64,000 bases of DNA from Candidatus Geothermarchaeota archaeon (GTDB lineage: Archaea; Thermoproteota; Nitrososphaeria; Geothermarchaeales; JDFR-13), in the NCBI GenBank assembly GCA_015523545.1, contig WAKB01000010.1:4462-68461 (forward strand), given 5' to 3'. The translations under genes and the position numbers were made by a program. The first letter of the stretch is position 1. Each line of letters starts with the position of its first letter. Under the pieces are notes generated by a model, which was not told the DNA's origin, did not search any database, and worked only from the letters and a program-made list of their open reading frames with translations. Of this stretch, positions 37,215-47,287 are shown in pieces.

Positions 37215-39410
37215 ATGACCATAGACCAGGATCTCCCCCAGCCAGTCCACCAGACACTTAGGAAGCTAGGGATAAACAGCCTATACCCACCACAGGAAGA
37301 AGCGATAAGGAAGGGCCTCTTCAACGGCAGGAACCTCGTCGTAGCCTCCCCTACAGCAAGCGGCAAGACCCTAATAGCGCTCATGTTGATTATCCATAGG
37401 CTAGCCCAGGGACGGGGCTACAAGCATATATACCTAGTCCCCCTCAAGGCCCTAGCCGCTGAGAAGAGGGACGAGCTTATAGGGACTATGGAGGCAGCGT
37501 CAGAGATAATTGGATGGAGGCCGAGAGTAGCCATAACGACATCCGACTATGACAGCACGGGTGAGGAGCTGGGGAACGCAGACGTAATAATCGCTACCTA
37601 TGAGAAGATGGACTCGATAATGAGGCATAGGCCCAGCTGGATAGATACCATCAGAACAGTCGTCGTCGACGAGGCACACCTGGTAGGGGTGGCCGATAGA
37701 GGACCAGTGGTCGAGAACATCCTAATGAGGATCCTGGCTGAAGCGAGGGGGACACAGGTACTACTACTCAGCGCAACAATATCCAACTATCAAGACTTCG
37801 CACACTGGATAGAGGGAGAGGCTGTAGTGACTAACTGGAGACCGATACCTCTAAGGGAGGGGGTGCTATATGACCATGAGATATACTACTCTGACAACAC
37901 CTTCAAATCGGTGCCCAGAACAACTGGAGAACCCATAATAGACAAGGCCATCGAGACTATAGAGGAGGGTGGACAGGTACTCATATTCACAGCCACGAGG
38001 GCCGAGGCCAAGAGACGGGCCAAGAAGATCGCGAAGCAACTGGCAAAGCTACAGGCCACCCTACTAGGCCCCAAGACCATGAAGGAGCTTAGAAGGCTAG
38101 CGGAGAGAGTCAAGAACATAGGTGAGTCAACCAAGCTCTCAGAAGAGCTATCCAACACAGTCGCGATGGGGGTCGCCTTCCACCACGCCGGTTTAGGCCT
38201 TGAACATAGGGCCCTAATCGAGGAGGCATTTAGATCTGGGCTGATAAAGATATTGACGGCCACCCCCACCCTGGCCGCAGGTGTAAACCTACCCAGTAGA
38301 ACCGTGATAATCACATATACATCGAGGAGGACATCTGGATACGTAGAGGAGATAAGTGTATTCGACTATAAACAGATGGCTGGCAGGGCCGGGAGACCAA
38401 TGTATGATAAGGAGGGGGAAGCCCTGATCCACACGACGAGGGAGCTAGAGATAGACACGCTCCTCGACAGATACATAAGGGCAGAGCCAGAGCCCATAAC
38501 CAGCAGACTCCTAGACGGGGAGAACATGGAGATAGCCATACTGTCACTCACCACCGAGACAAGAGGTATAAGCCTAGATACAATCCACAGTTATATCGAC
38601 AAGTCCCTGGCAGCCATCCAATACCACCCCGAAGTATTGAGATACAGGGTGGACAGGGCCGTAAAGACCCTCCTAAGCTACGGCATGGTGATGAGGGGAG
38701 AGCTCTCCGGGAGAGAATACATAAAAGCGACTAGACTAGGTAGCAGGACATCGCAGCTATACATCCTACCATCCACGGGCTACAAGTTCTACACGAAGAC
38801 TCGGGAGATAACAGAGCCCAGTGAACTGGGCCTACTCCACCTAATATGCGAGACCAGAGACATGGTCAGGGTTAACGCCCGGAAGAGGGACTTCGACAAG
38901 ATAATATATACCCTTGAAGACATGGGGCAGGAAGAGTTCCTAAACATGATATTCGATATGAGGCCAGCCGTCGACTATGACCAAGACCTAGACCTCCTCA
39001 AGACAGCGCTGGTCCTCCTCGACTGGATAAACGAAGCCACGGAAGACGAGATACTTGAGAAGTGGGGAGTCGAGCCTGGAGACCTCTACAACCTCTACAC
39101 CACTGCAGAGTGGCTAGCATACGCAGCCTCAGAGATAGCCAGGATAGCACAGGCGGAGCAAGTGGCCAAGATGTATAATATACTGAGGGGCAGGCTCAAG
39201 TATGGAGTAAAGCCCGAGTTAATACCCCTAGTATCCATACCAGGCATAGGGCGTAGAAGAGCCAGGATCCTCTACAACAATGGTTACAGAACCCCATCAG
39301 ACCTTAGGAGAGCCACCATACAAGACCTAGCAAGCATACCAAACATAGGCGTCAAGACCGCCAGGAAGATCCTGGAGTATCTCAGAGCCGAAAGACCCAG
39401 TCAAGCCTAG
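37215..39410 (+). CDS. hel308: Ski2-like helicase Hel308/Hjm
   Basis: PTASGKT, DEAH, LSAT, FHHAGL, TPTLAAGVNLP, QMAGRAGRP, C-terminal HhH. Confidence 0.95.
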   Translation: MTIDQDLPQPVHQTLRKLGINSLYPPQEEAIRKGLFNGRNLVVASPTASGKTLIALMLIIHRLAQGRGYKHIYLVPLKALAAEKRDELIGTMEAASEIIGWRPRVAITTSDYDSTGEELGNADVIIATYEKMDSIMRHRPSWIDTIRTVVVDEAHLVGVADRGPVVENILMRILAEARGTQVLLLSATISNYQDFAHWIEGEAVVTNWRPIPLREGVLYDHEIYYSDNTFKSVPRTTGEPIIDKAIETIEEGGQVLIFTATRAEAKRRAKKIAKQLAKLQATLLGPKTMKELRRLAERVKNIGESTKLSEELSNTVAMGVAFHHAGLGLEHRALIEEAFRSGLIKILTATPTLAAGVNLPSRTVIITYTSRRTSGYVEEISVFDYKQMAGRAGRPMYDKEGEALIHTTRELEIDTLLDRYIRAEPEPITSRLLDGENMEIAILSLTTETRGISLDTIHSYIDKSLAAIQYHPEVLRYRVDRAVKTLLSYGMVMRGELSGREYIKATRLGSRTSQLYILPSTGYKFYTKTREITEPSELGLLHLICETRDMVRVNARKRDFDKIIYTLEDMGQEEFLNMIFDMRPAVDYDQDLDLLKTALVLLDWINEATEDEILEKWGVEPGDLYNLYTTAEWLAYAASEIARIAQAEQVAKMYNILRGRLKYGVKPELIPLVSIPGIGRRRARILYNNGYRTPSDLRRATIQDLASIPNIGVKTARKILEYLRAERPSQA

Positions 39411-40704
39411 AGAGACAAGCATCAACATATCTAGAGAGATCTGTCGCCCGCCGAATATCCTCTTCAGTAAGATACTTCGGTAGATAATCGTCCTCCATAA
39501 CGAGCTTCAACAACTCCTCAGGGGTCTCAACCCTGGTCCTGAAGATACGTCTCAACCTCTCATGGAGAACCTGGCGATCACCACCCCTAGAGACACCCAT
39601 ATGGAGAAGGACATTGGAATATATGTTCATCCCCTCCTTCCGAATATTCTCTATACACCTAGCCTCATCCACCCTCAACCTCTCCAATACCCGGGCAGTA
39701 GTGACCAGCTGCTCATCAACAAGTAGGAACGCCTCAGGAATGACTATCCGCTCGAGGCTACTGTTACGGAGGTCGCGCTCATCCTCAAACACGATATTCT
39801 CATACACAGGCGCCAATAACCCCCTCAGATACCTGGCCAAGCCACACACCTTCTCACTATCAACCGGGTTACGCTTATGAGGCATAACCGACGAGCCCAC
39901 CCTATCAGCCTCCTCATACAGCTCCTCCACTCCACTCCTCATCATCATCCTTACCTCGTTATTCAGATGCTCCAGAACAGCTGAGAGATGTATAACCTCG
40001 GATAAGAGCCTGGAGAAGTAGTCTCTAGGAAGGACCTGTAGATACGCCCTAGCCCTCCTAAGCCCAAGCTTCTCAAGAACCCTCTTCTCAAGCTCAAGAC
40101 TATGTGGTAACATCTCTACACCAGACCCAACCGCACCCCCAATCTTGCCAGGCAGATAATCCAGCATACGCGCCAAACCATCCCTAGCCCTCAACAACTC
40201 GTCCAGATAGACCGAGAACCTGAAGCCTACAGTGATAGGTGTAGCCGCCCTACCATGGGTACGCCCAAGAAGGGGTGTAGACGCATATCTTGTCACAAAC
40301 AGTCTAAGCCTATCAACAACCACGTCAATACGCCTCAACAATATCTCGAGGCCATCCCTAGCCTGCATCACAGCCACGTTATCCAGCACATCGTTACTAG
40401 TGAGGCCTAGGTGTAGATACCTCCCCACGGGCTCACCAACCCTCTCATAGATAGCCCATACAAGGGCGAAGACCTCATGGCCAAATCTCTTCTCCAGCCG
40501 AGCCACATCCTCATAGGACACGCTGAAGAACCGGTCCCTCACACCCTCCAGCTCTTCCCTCCCCAAAGGGATCAGACCCATTTCTACAAGAGCTTCTAGA
40601 AGGGCATACTCAACCCTACATGCGTACCCAACCCATGAATCCCTCGAGAACACACGCCTCATATCCTCGGAGCCATATCTATACTCGACCGGGTGTATAG
40701 CCAT
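39382..40704 (-). CDS. purB: Adenylosuccinate lyase
   Basis: MAIHPVEYRYGS, HLGLTSND, GRTHG, GSSVMPHKRNP. Confidence 0.95.
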   Translation of the reverse strand: MAIHPVEYRYGSEDMRRVFSRDSWVGYACRVEYALLEALVEMGLIPLGREELEGVRDRFFSVSYEDVARLEKRFGHEVFALVWAIYERVGEPVGRYLHLGLTSNDVLDNVAVMQARDGLEILLRRIDVVVDRLRLFVTRYASTPLLGRTHGRAATPITVGFRFSVYLDELLRARDGLARMLDYLPGKIGGAVGSGVEMLPHSLELEKRVLEKLGLRRARAYLQVLPRDYFSRLLSEVIHLSAVLEHLNNEVRMMMRSGVEELYEEADRVGSSVMPHKRNPVDSEKVCGLARYLRGLLAPVYENIVFEDERDLRNSSLERIVIPEAFLLVDEQLVTTARVLERLRVDEARCIENIRKEGMNIYSNVLLHMGVSRGGDRQVLHERLRRIFRTRVETPEELLKLVMEDDYLPKYLTEEDIRRATDLSRYVDACLSRLDWVFRL

Positions 40705-40756
40705 CCCCACCCACCACGGCCATAAAATAATATATGCATAGAAATTAGGTAGGGAC

Positions 40757-41887
40757 ATGGAGCGGGGGGCAAACTATATAATAACTCCTGAGGGGCCCAG
40801 GCTCAGAGGCAACTATCTAGCTATGCTTGAGCACCAAGACTATACCATAATCCACCGCTCCATAGACACTGAGAGGCTCAGGGAACTCTTAGAGATGGAG
40901 CAGGCCCCACGTCGGGAGCTCCTATCAATTCCAAACATAGCTCTGTTGAGAGACACTATACAGACAGACATAATGGGTAGGATCCCAGCAGCCATAGCGA
41001 GAGACGGGTCCATCCTTGACAAGACAGGCCACGAGAGGCCACACCTACCCAGCAACTGGATACTAAAGAGGATGGGTAGGGACTACACCCCCCTACAGAG
41101 GAGGTGGGAGCCGAAGATATCAGGAGTTATAAACAGCATCGAGAAGCTGGCCGAGATGCTGATAGAAGCTCTGAGCAACTACCTATCCACCATAGGGGAT
41201 AGAGAGGTATACCTATCCTACTCAGGAGGCATAGACTCCACACTCCTACTCCTAGTAGCGGAGAAGATGGGTATAGAGACAAGGATAGTCACAGCATCAA
41301 CCCCAGGTAGCGGGGAGGAGGAGAGGGTTGTAGAAGCCCTTGAGATGCTGGGGATAGGGGCCAACATCCATATAGCCCTGATTGACGAGGAGAACATAGA
41401 TAGATACCTAGACATAGCATCGAGATACATAGATACATCCAACCCAATACTCCTCCCAATAGCAATAGCTGAGTACGCCGCAATGAGCCAGGTCCCAAGC
41501 AACAGAAGACTGATAATGGGCCAGGGGGCAGATGAACTCTTCGGAGGATACGACAAATATAGAAGGGAGTATGAACACTTCAGGACAGCCAACCTCATAG
41601 ACATATCGACACTACAATACACCACGACCCAGCTAGAATGGAGGATAGCCTCAGACCTAGGGATATATGTCGACTACCCCTACACACATGTAGAGGCCAT
41701 AGAGACGTCGTTACAAACCCCCTCTAGATACAAAGTCATGGACAGGAATGATAGACATAGGAAATGGGTCATCAGGAAGGCGCTAGAGATCCTAGGAGCC
41801 CCCAAAGAGCTATACATGCGCCCCAAGAAGGCTATGCAGTACTCGACAGGCCTTAAAAAGCTGATTAAAAGAACAGCCGAGAAGTAG
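40757..41887 (+). CDS. Asparagine synthetase-like PP-loop ATPase lacking the glutaminase domain
   Basis: SYSGGIDST, GQGADELFGGY, RKWVIRK, RPKKAMQYSTG; no N-terminal Cys/GATase motifs. Confidence 0.82.
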   Translation: MERGANYIITPEGPRLRGNYLAMLEHQDYTIIHRSIDTERLRELLEMEQAPRRELLSIPNIALLRDTIQTDIMGRIPAAIARDGSILDKTGHERPHLPSNWILKRMGRDYTPLQRRWEPKISGVINSIEKLAEMLIEALSNYLSTIGDREVYLSYSGGIDSTLLLLVAEKMGIETRIVTASTPGSGEEERVVEALEMLGIGANIHIALIDEENIDRYLDIASRYIDTSNPILLPIAIAEYAAMSQVPSNRRLIMGQGADELFGGYDKYRREYEHFRTANLIDISTLQYTTTQLEWRIASDLGIYVDYPYTHVEAIETSLQTPSRYKVMDRNDRHRKWVIRKALEILGAPKELYMRPKKAMQYSTGLKKLIKRTAEK

Positions 41888-41898
41888 TTATATCTGTA

Positions 41899-43893
41899 AT
41901 GAAGAGGGAGAAGTGGATAGTAACCTCGGCATGGCCATATGCATATGGAGTCCCCCACCTGGGGAATATGGTCTCATCCCTCCTCTCCGCAGATATATTC
42001 GCCCGCTACCTACGGCTAAAAGGCCACGACGTAATATCCGTAACAGGATCAGATGAACACGGGACACCAATAGAGGTAAAAGCCATCCAGATGGGGATCC
42101 AGCCAAAAGAGCTGACCGACAAGGTACATAAACAGATACTGGAGATACTCGAGAAGTTCAACATCAGGTTTGACAACTACACCAGAACACACAACCCAGT
42201 CCATATTGACTACGTCAGATCCGTATTCAAGAAGATATATGAGAATGGATACATCTATACCCAGACCGATAAACAGCTATACTGCGAGAAGGACCAGCGA
42301 TACCTACCCGACAGATTCGTCATCGGAATCTGCCCCTACTGCGGATATGAAGGTGCAAGGGGAGACCAGTGTGAGAACTGTGGACGCCTCCTAGACCCCC
42401 TAGACCTCATATCACCCAGATGCGCCATATGCGGCTCACCCCCCGTGATCAAGGAGGTGCTCAACTACTACTTCGACCTACCAAGATTCTCAGAGAGGCT
42501 ACTGAAGTGGCTAGAGAGCTCCGAGACCCTGACCGAGAACGCCAAGAACTTCAGCATACAGATGATCAGACAAGGCCTGAAACCGAGAGCCGTCACCAGA
42601 CATAACAAGTGGGGGGTACCAGCACCCTTCCCAGGGGCAGAGGGTCTAACGATCTATGTATGGTTCGACGCTGTCCTGGGATACGTATCCGCTGTGAAGG
42701 AATACTTCGAGAAGAGGGGAGAGCCAGACAAGTGGAGGGACTACTGGATGGACAGAGAGACGAACGTAGCCTTCTTCATAGGGAAGGACAACATACCCTT
42801 CCACACAATCATCTTCCCCTCGCTACTAATGGCCACCCACGACCCATACACCCTAAGGTTCCATATAGGAGCCACAGAATGGCTCACCTACGAGGGAAAG
42901 AAGTTCTCAAAGACAAAGGGAATAGGCATATGGTGTGACGAGGCGGTAGAACTACTACCGGCGGACTATTGGAGATACACCCTAACATATATAAGGCCCG
43001 AGACCGGGGACACAGACTTCACATGGGATATACTCGAATACTGTGTAAACAAGGAGTTGAACGACGACCTCGGAAACCTTGTCCACAGGATATTAACACT
43101 CATCAAACGCTATCTCGGAGGAAGGGTGGAGAAGTCAGAAACACCCAGCGAAGCTGTCTCAAGGCTTAGAAACCTCTCAAGAGAAGTTGCGGAAAACGTC
43201 GATAGGCTATACCTAGAGACGAGGTTCCAAAGGGTACTCCACGAAGTAATGAAGCTCGTCAGAGAGGCCAACGCAACCCTAAACATAGAGGAGCCATGGA
43301 AGCTGAGAGATAACAGGGAGAGGCTCAACGCGGTGATGTACCACCTAGCACTAACAATACGTGACGTGGCGGTCATGCTCCACCCCGTAATACCAGAGTC
43401 AAGTGAGAAGATACTGAGATACCTAGGTATGGAGAAGCCCTCATGGAGCCTCCTGGGCGACGAGCCAAGTGAAATAGTTATCAGCCAAGAATTCACACCA
43501 TTATTTAGTAAGATAGACAAAGAATCTCTAAAGAGACGCCTCGAAGAGATGAGGAGTATGAGTGAGGAGAGGATAAGCTTCGAGGAATTCATGCGTATAG
43601 ATATGAGGGTAGGCTACGTAGAGAAGGCAGAGCCAAAGGAGGGGTCTAAGAACCTTATAAGGCTCAAGATAAGGGTTGGAGACAAGACGCTCAACGTATT
43701 GGCCGGGCTAAGGAAGTACTACAGACCCGAAGATCTACAGGGGAAGAAGGTGATAGTCGTGACCAACCTCGAGAAGAAGAAGATCATGGGTGAGTACAGC
43801 GAAGGAATGATACTAGCCGCCGATGATGGGAAGGGAAACGTAAAGATACTCACAGTTGAGGGAGATATAGAGGACGGCGCCCGGGTAAGGTAG
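41899..43893 (+). CDS. metG: Methionyl-tRNA synthetase
   Basis: AWPYAYGVPHLGN, DEHG, zinc knuckles, YVWFDA, KFSKT, C-terminal tRNA-binding OB domain. Confidence 0.98.
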   Translation: MKREKWIVTSAWPYAYGVPHLGNMVSSLLSADIFARYLRLKGHDVISVTGSDEHGTPIEVKAIQMGIQPKELTDKVHKQILEILEKFNIRFDNYTRTHNPVHIDYVRSVFKKIYENGYIYTQTDKQLYCEKDQRYLPDRFVIGICPYCGYEGARGDQCENCGRLLDPLDLISPRCAICGSPPVIKEVLNYYFDLPRFSERLLKWLESSETLTENAKNFSIQMIRQGLKPRAVTRHNKWGVPAPFPGAEGLTIYVWFDAVLGYVSAVKEYFEKRGEPDKWRDYWMDRETNVAFFIGKDNIPFHTIIFPSLLMATHDPYTLRFHIGATEWLTYEGKKFSKTKGIGIWCDEAVELLPADYWRYTLTYIRPETGDTDFTWDILEYCVNKELNDDLGNLVHRILTLIKRYLGGRVEKSETPSEAVSRLRNLSREVAENVDRLYLETRFQRVLHEVMKLVREANATLNIEEPWKLRDNRERLNAVMYHLALTIRDVAVMLHPVIPESSEKILRYLGMEKPSWSLLGDEPSEIVISQEFTPLFSKIDKESLKRRLEEMRSMSEERISFEEFMRIDMRVGYVEKAEPKEGSKNLIRLKIRVGDKTLNVLAGLRKYYRPEDLQGKKVIVVTNLEKKKIMGEYSEGMILAADDGKGNVKILTVEGDIEDGARVR

Positions 43894-43904
43894 CGGCAGG
43901 AGAG

Positions 43905-44576
43905 ATGAAGGCTGACCTCCACGTACATACCCTATACTCCCACGACGCGGTGATCACCCTCCAAGAACTGGAGGAGTGGAGCCTAAAAAGAGGTATAGAC
44001 TGCATAGCCATAACAGACCATGAAGAGATCAGGGGGGCACTAAAGGCCAGGAAGAATCTAGGAAGGATCAGGATTATACCAGGCGTAGAGTTCTACACAG
44101 AGTATGGACATATAATTGGACTCAACATAGAGAAGTACCCACCCAACAGGAGGGGGATGGATGGTCTCGAGATATTAGAGTATATACGGGCCGAGGGGGG
44201 ACTATCCATACTGGCACACCCCCTGGACCATAGAAGGGGGAAGCCGGGAGAGATAGACGAGATAGTCAGGAGAGTAGATATAATCGAGGTAGCTAATAGC
44301 CACGACCCAAAGGCCAAGATAAACTATGTAGTCCTCTCAAAACTAGCCGAGGATCTGGGGAAAGGAGTCTCAGCCGGGAGCGACTCCCACATCCCGGAGA
44401 CGATAGGATATTCCCATGTATACACCGACGCCGAGGACGTGGAACAGCTCCTAGAGAAGATCATGAAGAGGGAGGTCAGGATACTCTTCCGAACTGTAAC
44501 AGGCCGTCAGAGAGTGAAGAAGCTCTTCCTAGAAGCTCTGCATAAAGCCAGGTTGTATAGGCCCTCACCCCCCTGA
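43905..44576 (+). CDS. PHP-domain metal-dependent phosphoesterase
   Basis: DLHVHT, AITDH, AHP, GSDSH. Confidence 0.92.
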   Translation: MKADLHVHTLYSHDAVITLQELEEWSLKRGIDCIAITDHEEIRGALKARKNLGRIRIIPGVEFYTEYGHIIGLNIEKYPPNRRGMDGLEILEYIRAEGGLSILAHPLDHRRGKPGEIDEIVRRVDIIEVANSHDPKAKINYVVLSKLAEDLGKGVSAGSDSHIPETIGYSHVYTDAEDVEQLLEKIMKREVRILFRTVTGRQRVKKLFLEALHKARLYRPSPP

Positions 44577-45807
44577 CTAGGACGACATCACCGATAGAGA
44601 CACCACCATCGACGGCGAAGATCTTATAGGCATAATTCCTACCTAGGTACCGCCCCCTACCAAACTCGTTAATAAGGACAGGGCCCTCCCAGTCACGCCA
44701 CATCTGGTTCCTCCTAGACAAGACCTCATCAGCAACCCTACTAACCTCCCTACTCCTCCGCTTCACAACCCTAGTATCAACCTTCTTCATACGTGCAGCC
44801 TTGGTGCCGGGCCTAGGGAAGAACTGGGATATATTCACAAAATCGGGCTCAGACTCCCTAAGAACCTCGATAGTCATCTCGTGGTCAACCTCCCTCTCAC
44901 CGGGATGGCCTACTATGATATCCGTCATTATCGAGAAGTGCCTACCCACCTCCATCCTAAGACGCCTAACAGCCTCTAGATACTCCTCAACCCCATGCCC
45001 CCTATCCATTATACGGAGCAGCTCCGGGCTCCCAGTCTGCACAGGGATATGTAGGAAGTGGTAGAACTTTGTGGAGGACTCAAATATCTCTATAAGCTCA
45101 TCCAGATAGAGATACGCCCAGCGAGGATTCATCATCCCAATCCTAACAATAAAGTTACCCTCAACCTCAGAGATCATCCTAAGAAGCTTCGTAATCGGCA
45201 CCCTAGGCCTTAGATCAAACCCATACGCACCAATATCCACAGAGGTTAGGAGTATCTCCTTGGCACCATTCTTCACATAGGACTCTACAAGTCTGAGAAC
45301 CTTCTCCGGCTCAAGACTCTTAACAGTCCCCCTAGCCAGCTTAGTACCGCAGAACGCACAGTTATCCAGACACCCTGTTGACACACCTATCGACTTAGTT
45401 ACCGAGCCGCCAATATTCAACGGGATATCCAGAGACTCCGTGTTGAGTCGTATATAATCCTCCCCCCTCAGTACAGCTTCAACAGCCTCCACGACATACT
45501 TCCCGGGGGAGGGGCCAAGCACAGCATCGAAGCTACACTCCCTCTTCAGCCTGGGGAGATTAATCATGGTTAGGCATCCGGTGAGAACAATCTTCTTATC
45601 CCCATACCTCTCCCTCAGCTTCCTGATATGCGAAACCATCTTATCCTCAGTCTGCTTCTTTACCCCACAGGTATTGATGACAACCACATCAGAATCCTCA
45701 ACTCTATCCACAACCTCATAGCCAGCCGTCCTCAGATAGGACTCCATGACCTCAGAGTCATACCTATTCAGCGTACAGCCGAACGTCTCTAGGTATACCC
45801 TACCCAT
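44476..45807 (-). CDS. tRNA t6A methylthiotransferase (e-MtaB/CDKAL1-type radical SAM)
   Basis: ETFGCTLN..DSE, NTC, GCLDNCAFC.TKLARG, RIGMMNP, HIPVQTGS, C-terminal TRAM. Confidence 0.92.
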   Translation of the reverse strand: MGRVYLETFGCTLNRYDSEVMESYLRTAGYEVVDRVEDSDVVVINTCGVKKQTEDKMVSHIRKLRERYGDKKIVLTGCLTMINLPRLKRECSFDAVLGPSPGKYVVEAVEAVLRGEDYIRLNTESLDIPLNIGGSVTKSIGVSTGCLDNCAFCGTKLARGTVKSLEPEKVLRLVESYVKNGAKEILLTSVDIGAYGFDLRPRVPITKLLRMISEVEGNFIVRIGMMNPRWAYLYLDELIEIFESSTKFYHFLHIPVQTGSPELLRIMDRGHGVEEYLEAVRRLRMEVGRHFSIMTDIIVGHPGEREVDHEMTIEVLRESEPDFVNISQFFPRPGTKAARMKKVDTRVVKRRSREVSRVADEVLSRRNQMWRDWEGPVLINEFGRGRYLGRNYAYKIFAVDGGVSIGDVVLVRGVRAYTTWLYAELLGRASSLSDGLLQFGRVS

Positions 45808-47287
45808 CTCTCCTCGCCCACCTCTCACTAGGCTTCATAGTCCTAGGCCTGGACCCATACGCCTCGTCGAGCCTACCCACAGTTGTATTAACAGGGGAAT
45901 TAATAACCTTATCAGGCTCATTATACGCCTCCTCAACAACCCTCTCCACAACCGATGCATATAGGTCTAGATCCCTCTTACCAACAGTCTCAGTAGGCTC
46001 CACCATCAAGGCCTCCGGAACTATTATGGGGAAGTACGTGGTGGGGGCATATACACCATAATCAAGAATCCTCTTAGCAACATCCCTGGCCGACACCCCC
46101 GTCTCCCTCCTTAAAGACTCTAGAGACACCACAAACTCGTGCATCCTCATCCTAGAATCCCTTGGATAAGGCTCTACCCCCCTGAGCCTAGAGACCTTCC
46201 TAAACAGGTAGTTAGAGTTCATAACAGCTATCGAGGAGGCCCTCCTAAGCCCCTCCAGGCCCATCGAGAGTATATATGTAAAGGCCCTCAGAGCCACGAG
46301 AAAGTTCCCATAGAACATGTGGACCTTACCAATACTATGTTTCAAACCCCACTCCCACCGGTACATCCCATCCCTATAAACCACTATAGGAACCGGGAGG
46401 AATTCTCTCAGAAAACTCTTCACACCCACAGGACCACTTCCAGGGCCGCCGCCCCCGTGTGGTGTGGAGAATGTCTTATGGAGATTAGTATGTACAATGT
46501 CGAAGCCCATATCCCCGGGCCTCGCCCACCCGACTATGGCGTTGAGATTAGCGCCGTCATAATACAGTAGGGAACCATTACCATGGAGTATATCGGCGAT
46601 CTCTAGAATATTCTCCTCAAAGAGGCCCAATGTATTCGGATTGGTCAACATGAGGCCAGCAGTCCTCTCATTGACAACCTCCCTCAACAGTCTAGGGTTG
46701 ACCATCCCCCTCTCATCACTAGGAATCTCAACCACCTTGAACCCTCCCATCTTGGCAGACGCGGGATTAGTGCCGTGGGCTGTATCGGGCACTATGATCT
46801 CATCCCTATCCTCCCCCCTAACCTCGAAATACTTCTTCATAATCAAGACGCCGACAAACTCTCCCTGGGCCCCCGCCGCAGGCTGGAGGCTAAACTCATC
46901 CATACCCGTGAGGAGTGACAACATCCTTGATAAGCGATACATAACCTCCAATACACCCTGGATCTCCTCCTCATCCTGATGCGGAGATATATCCCTAAAA
47001 CCCTCCAGAGCCGCTACCTCCTCAGAGATTCTAGGGTTATACTTCATGGTACAGCTGCCCAGCGGGTATATTCCTAGATCCACCCCATAGTTCTCCTGAG
47101 ACAGTCTGGTGAAGTGTCTTACAACCTGAAACTCGGGAAGATCAGGAATCCTTATACCACTCCTCCTCACAAGCTTCTCAGGCAGATATTTAAGCGCCCG
47201 GCGATACTCATCCCCCTTTAACACACCCTCGCCAAGCTCGCCGAGCTCAAATACCGTCGGCTCTCTCCATCTAGCCTGTCTGAACAT
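45800..47287 (-). CDS. gcvPB: Glycine dehydrogenase (decarboxylating) subunit 2
   Basis: YPLGSCTMKYNP, QPAAGAQGE, NLHKTFSTPHGGGGPG. Confidence 0.97.
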   Translation of the reverse strand: MFRQARWREPTVFELGELGEGVLKGDEYRRALKYLPEKLVRRSGIRIPDLPEFQVVRHFTRLSQENYGVDLGIYPLGSCTMKYNPRISEEVAALEGFRDISPHQDEEEIQGVLEVMYRLSRMLSLLTGMDEFSLQPAAGAQGEFVGVLIMKKYFEVRGEDRDEIIVPDTAHGTNPASAKMGGFKVVEIPSDERGMVNPRLLREVVNERTAGLMLTNPNTLGLFEENILEIADILHGNGSLLYYDGANLNAIVGWARPGDMGFDIVHTNLHKTFSTPHGGGGPGSGPVGVKSFLREFLPVPIVVYRDGMYRWEWGLKHSIGKVHMFYGNFLVALRAFTYILSMGLEGLRRASSIAVMNSNYLFRKVSRLRGVEPYPRDSRMRMHEFVVSLESLRRETGVSARDVAKRILDYGVYAPTTYFPIIVPEALMVEPTETVGKRDLDLYASVVERVVEEAYNEPDKVINSPVNTTVGRLDEAYGSRPRTMKPSERWARRDG

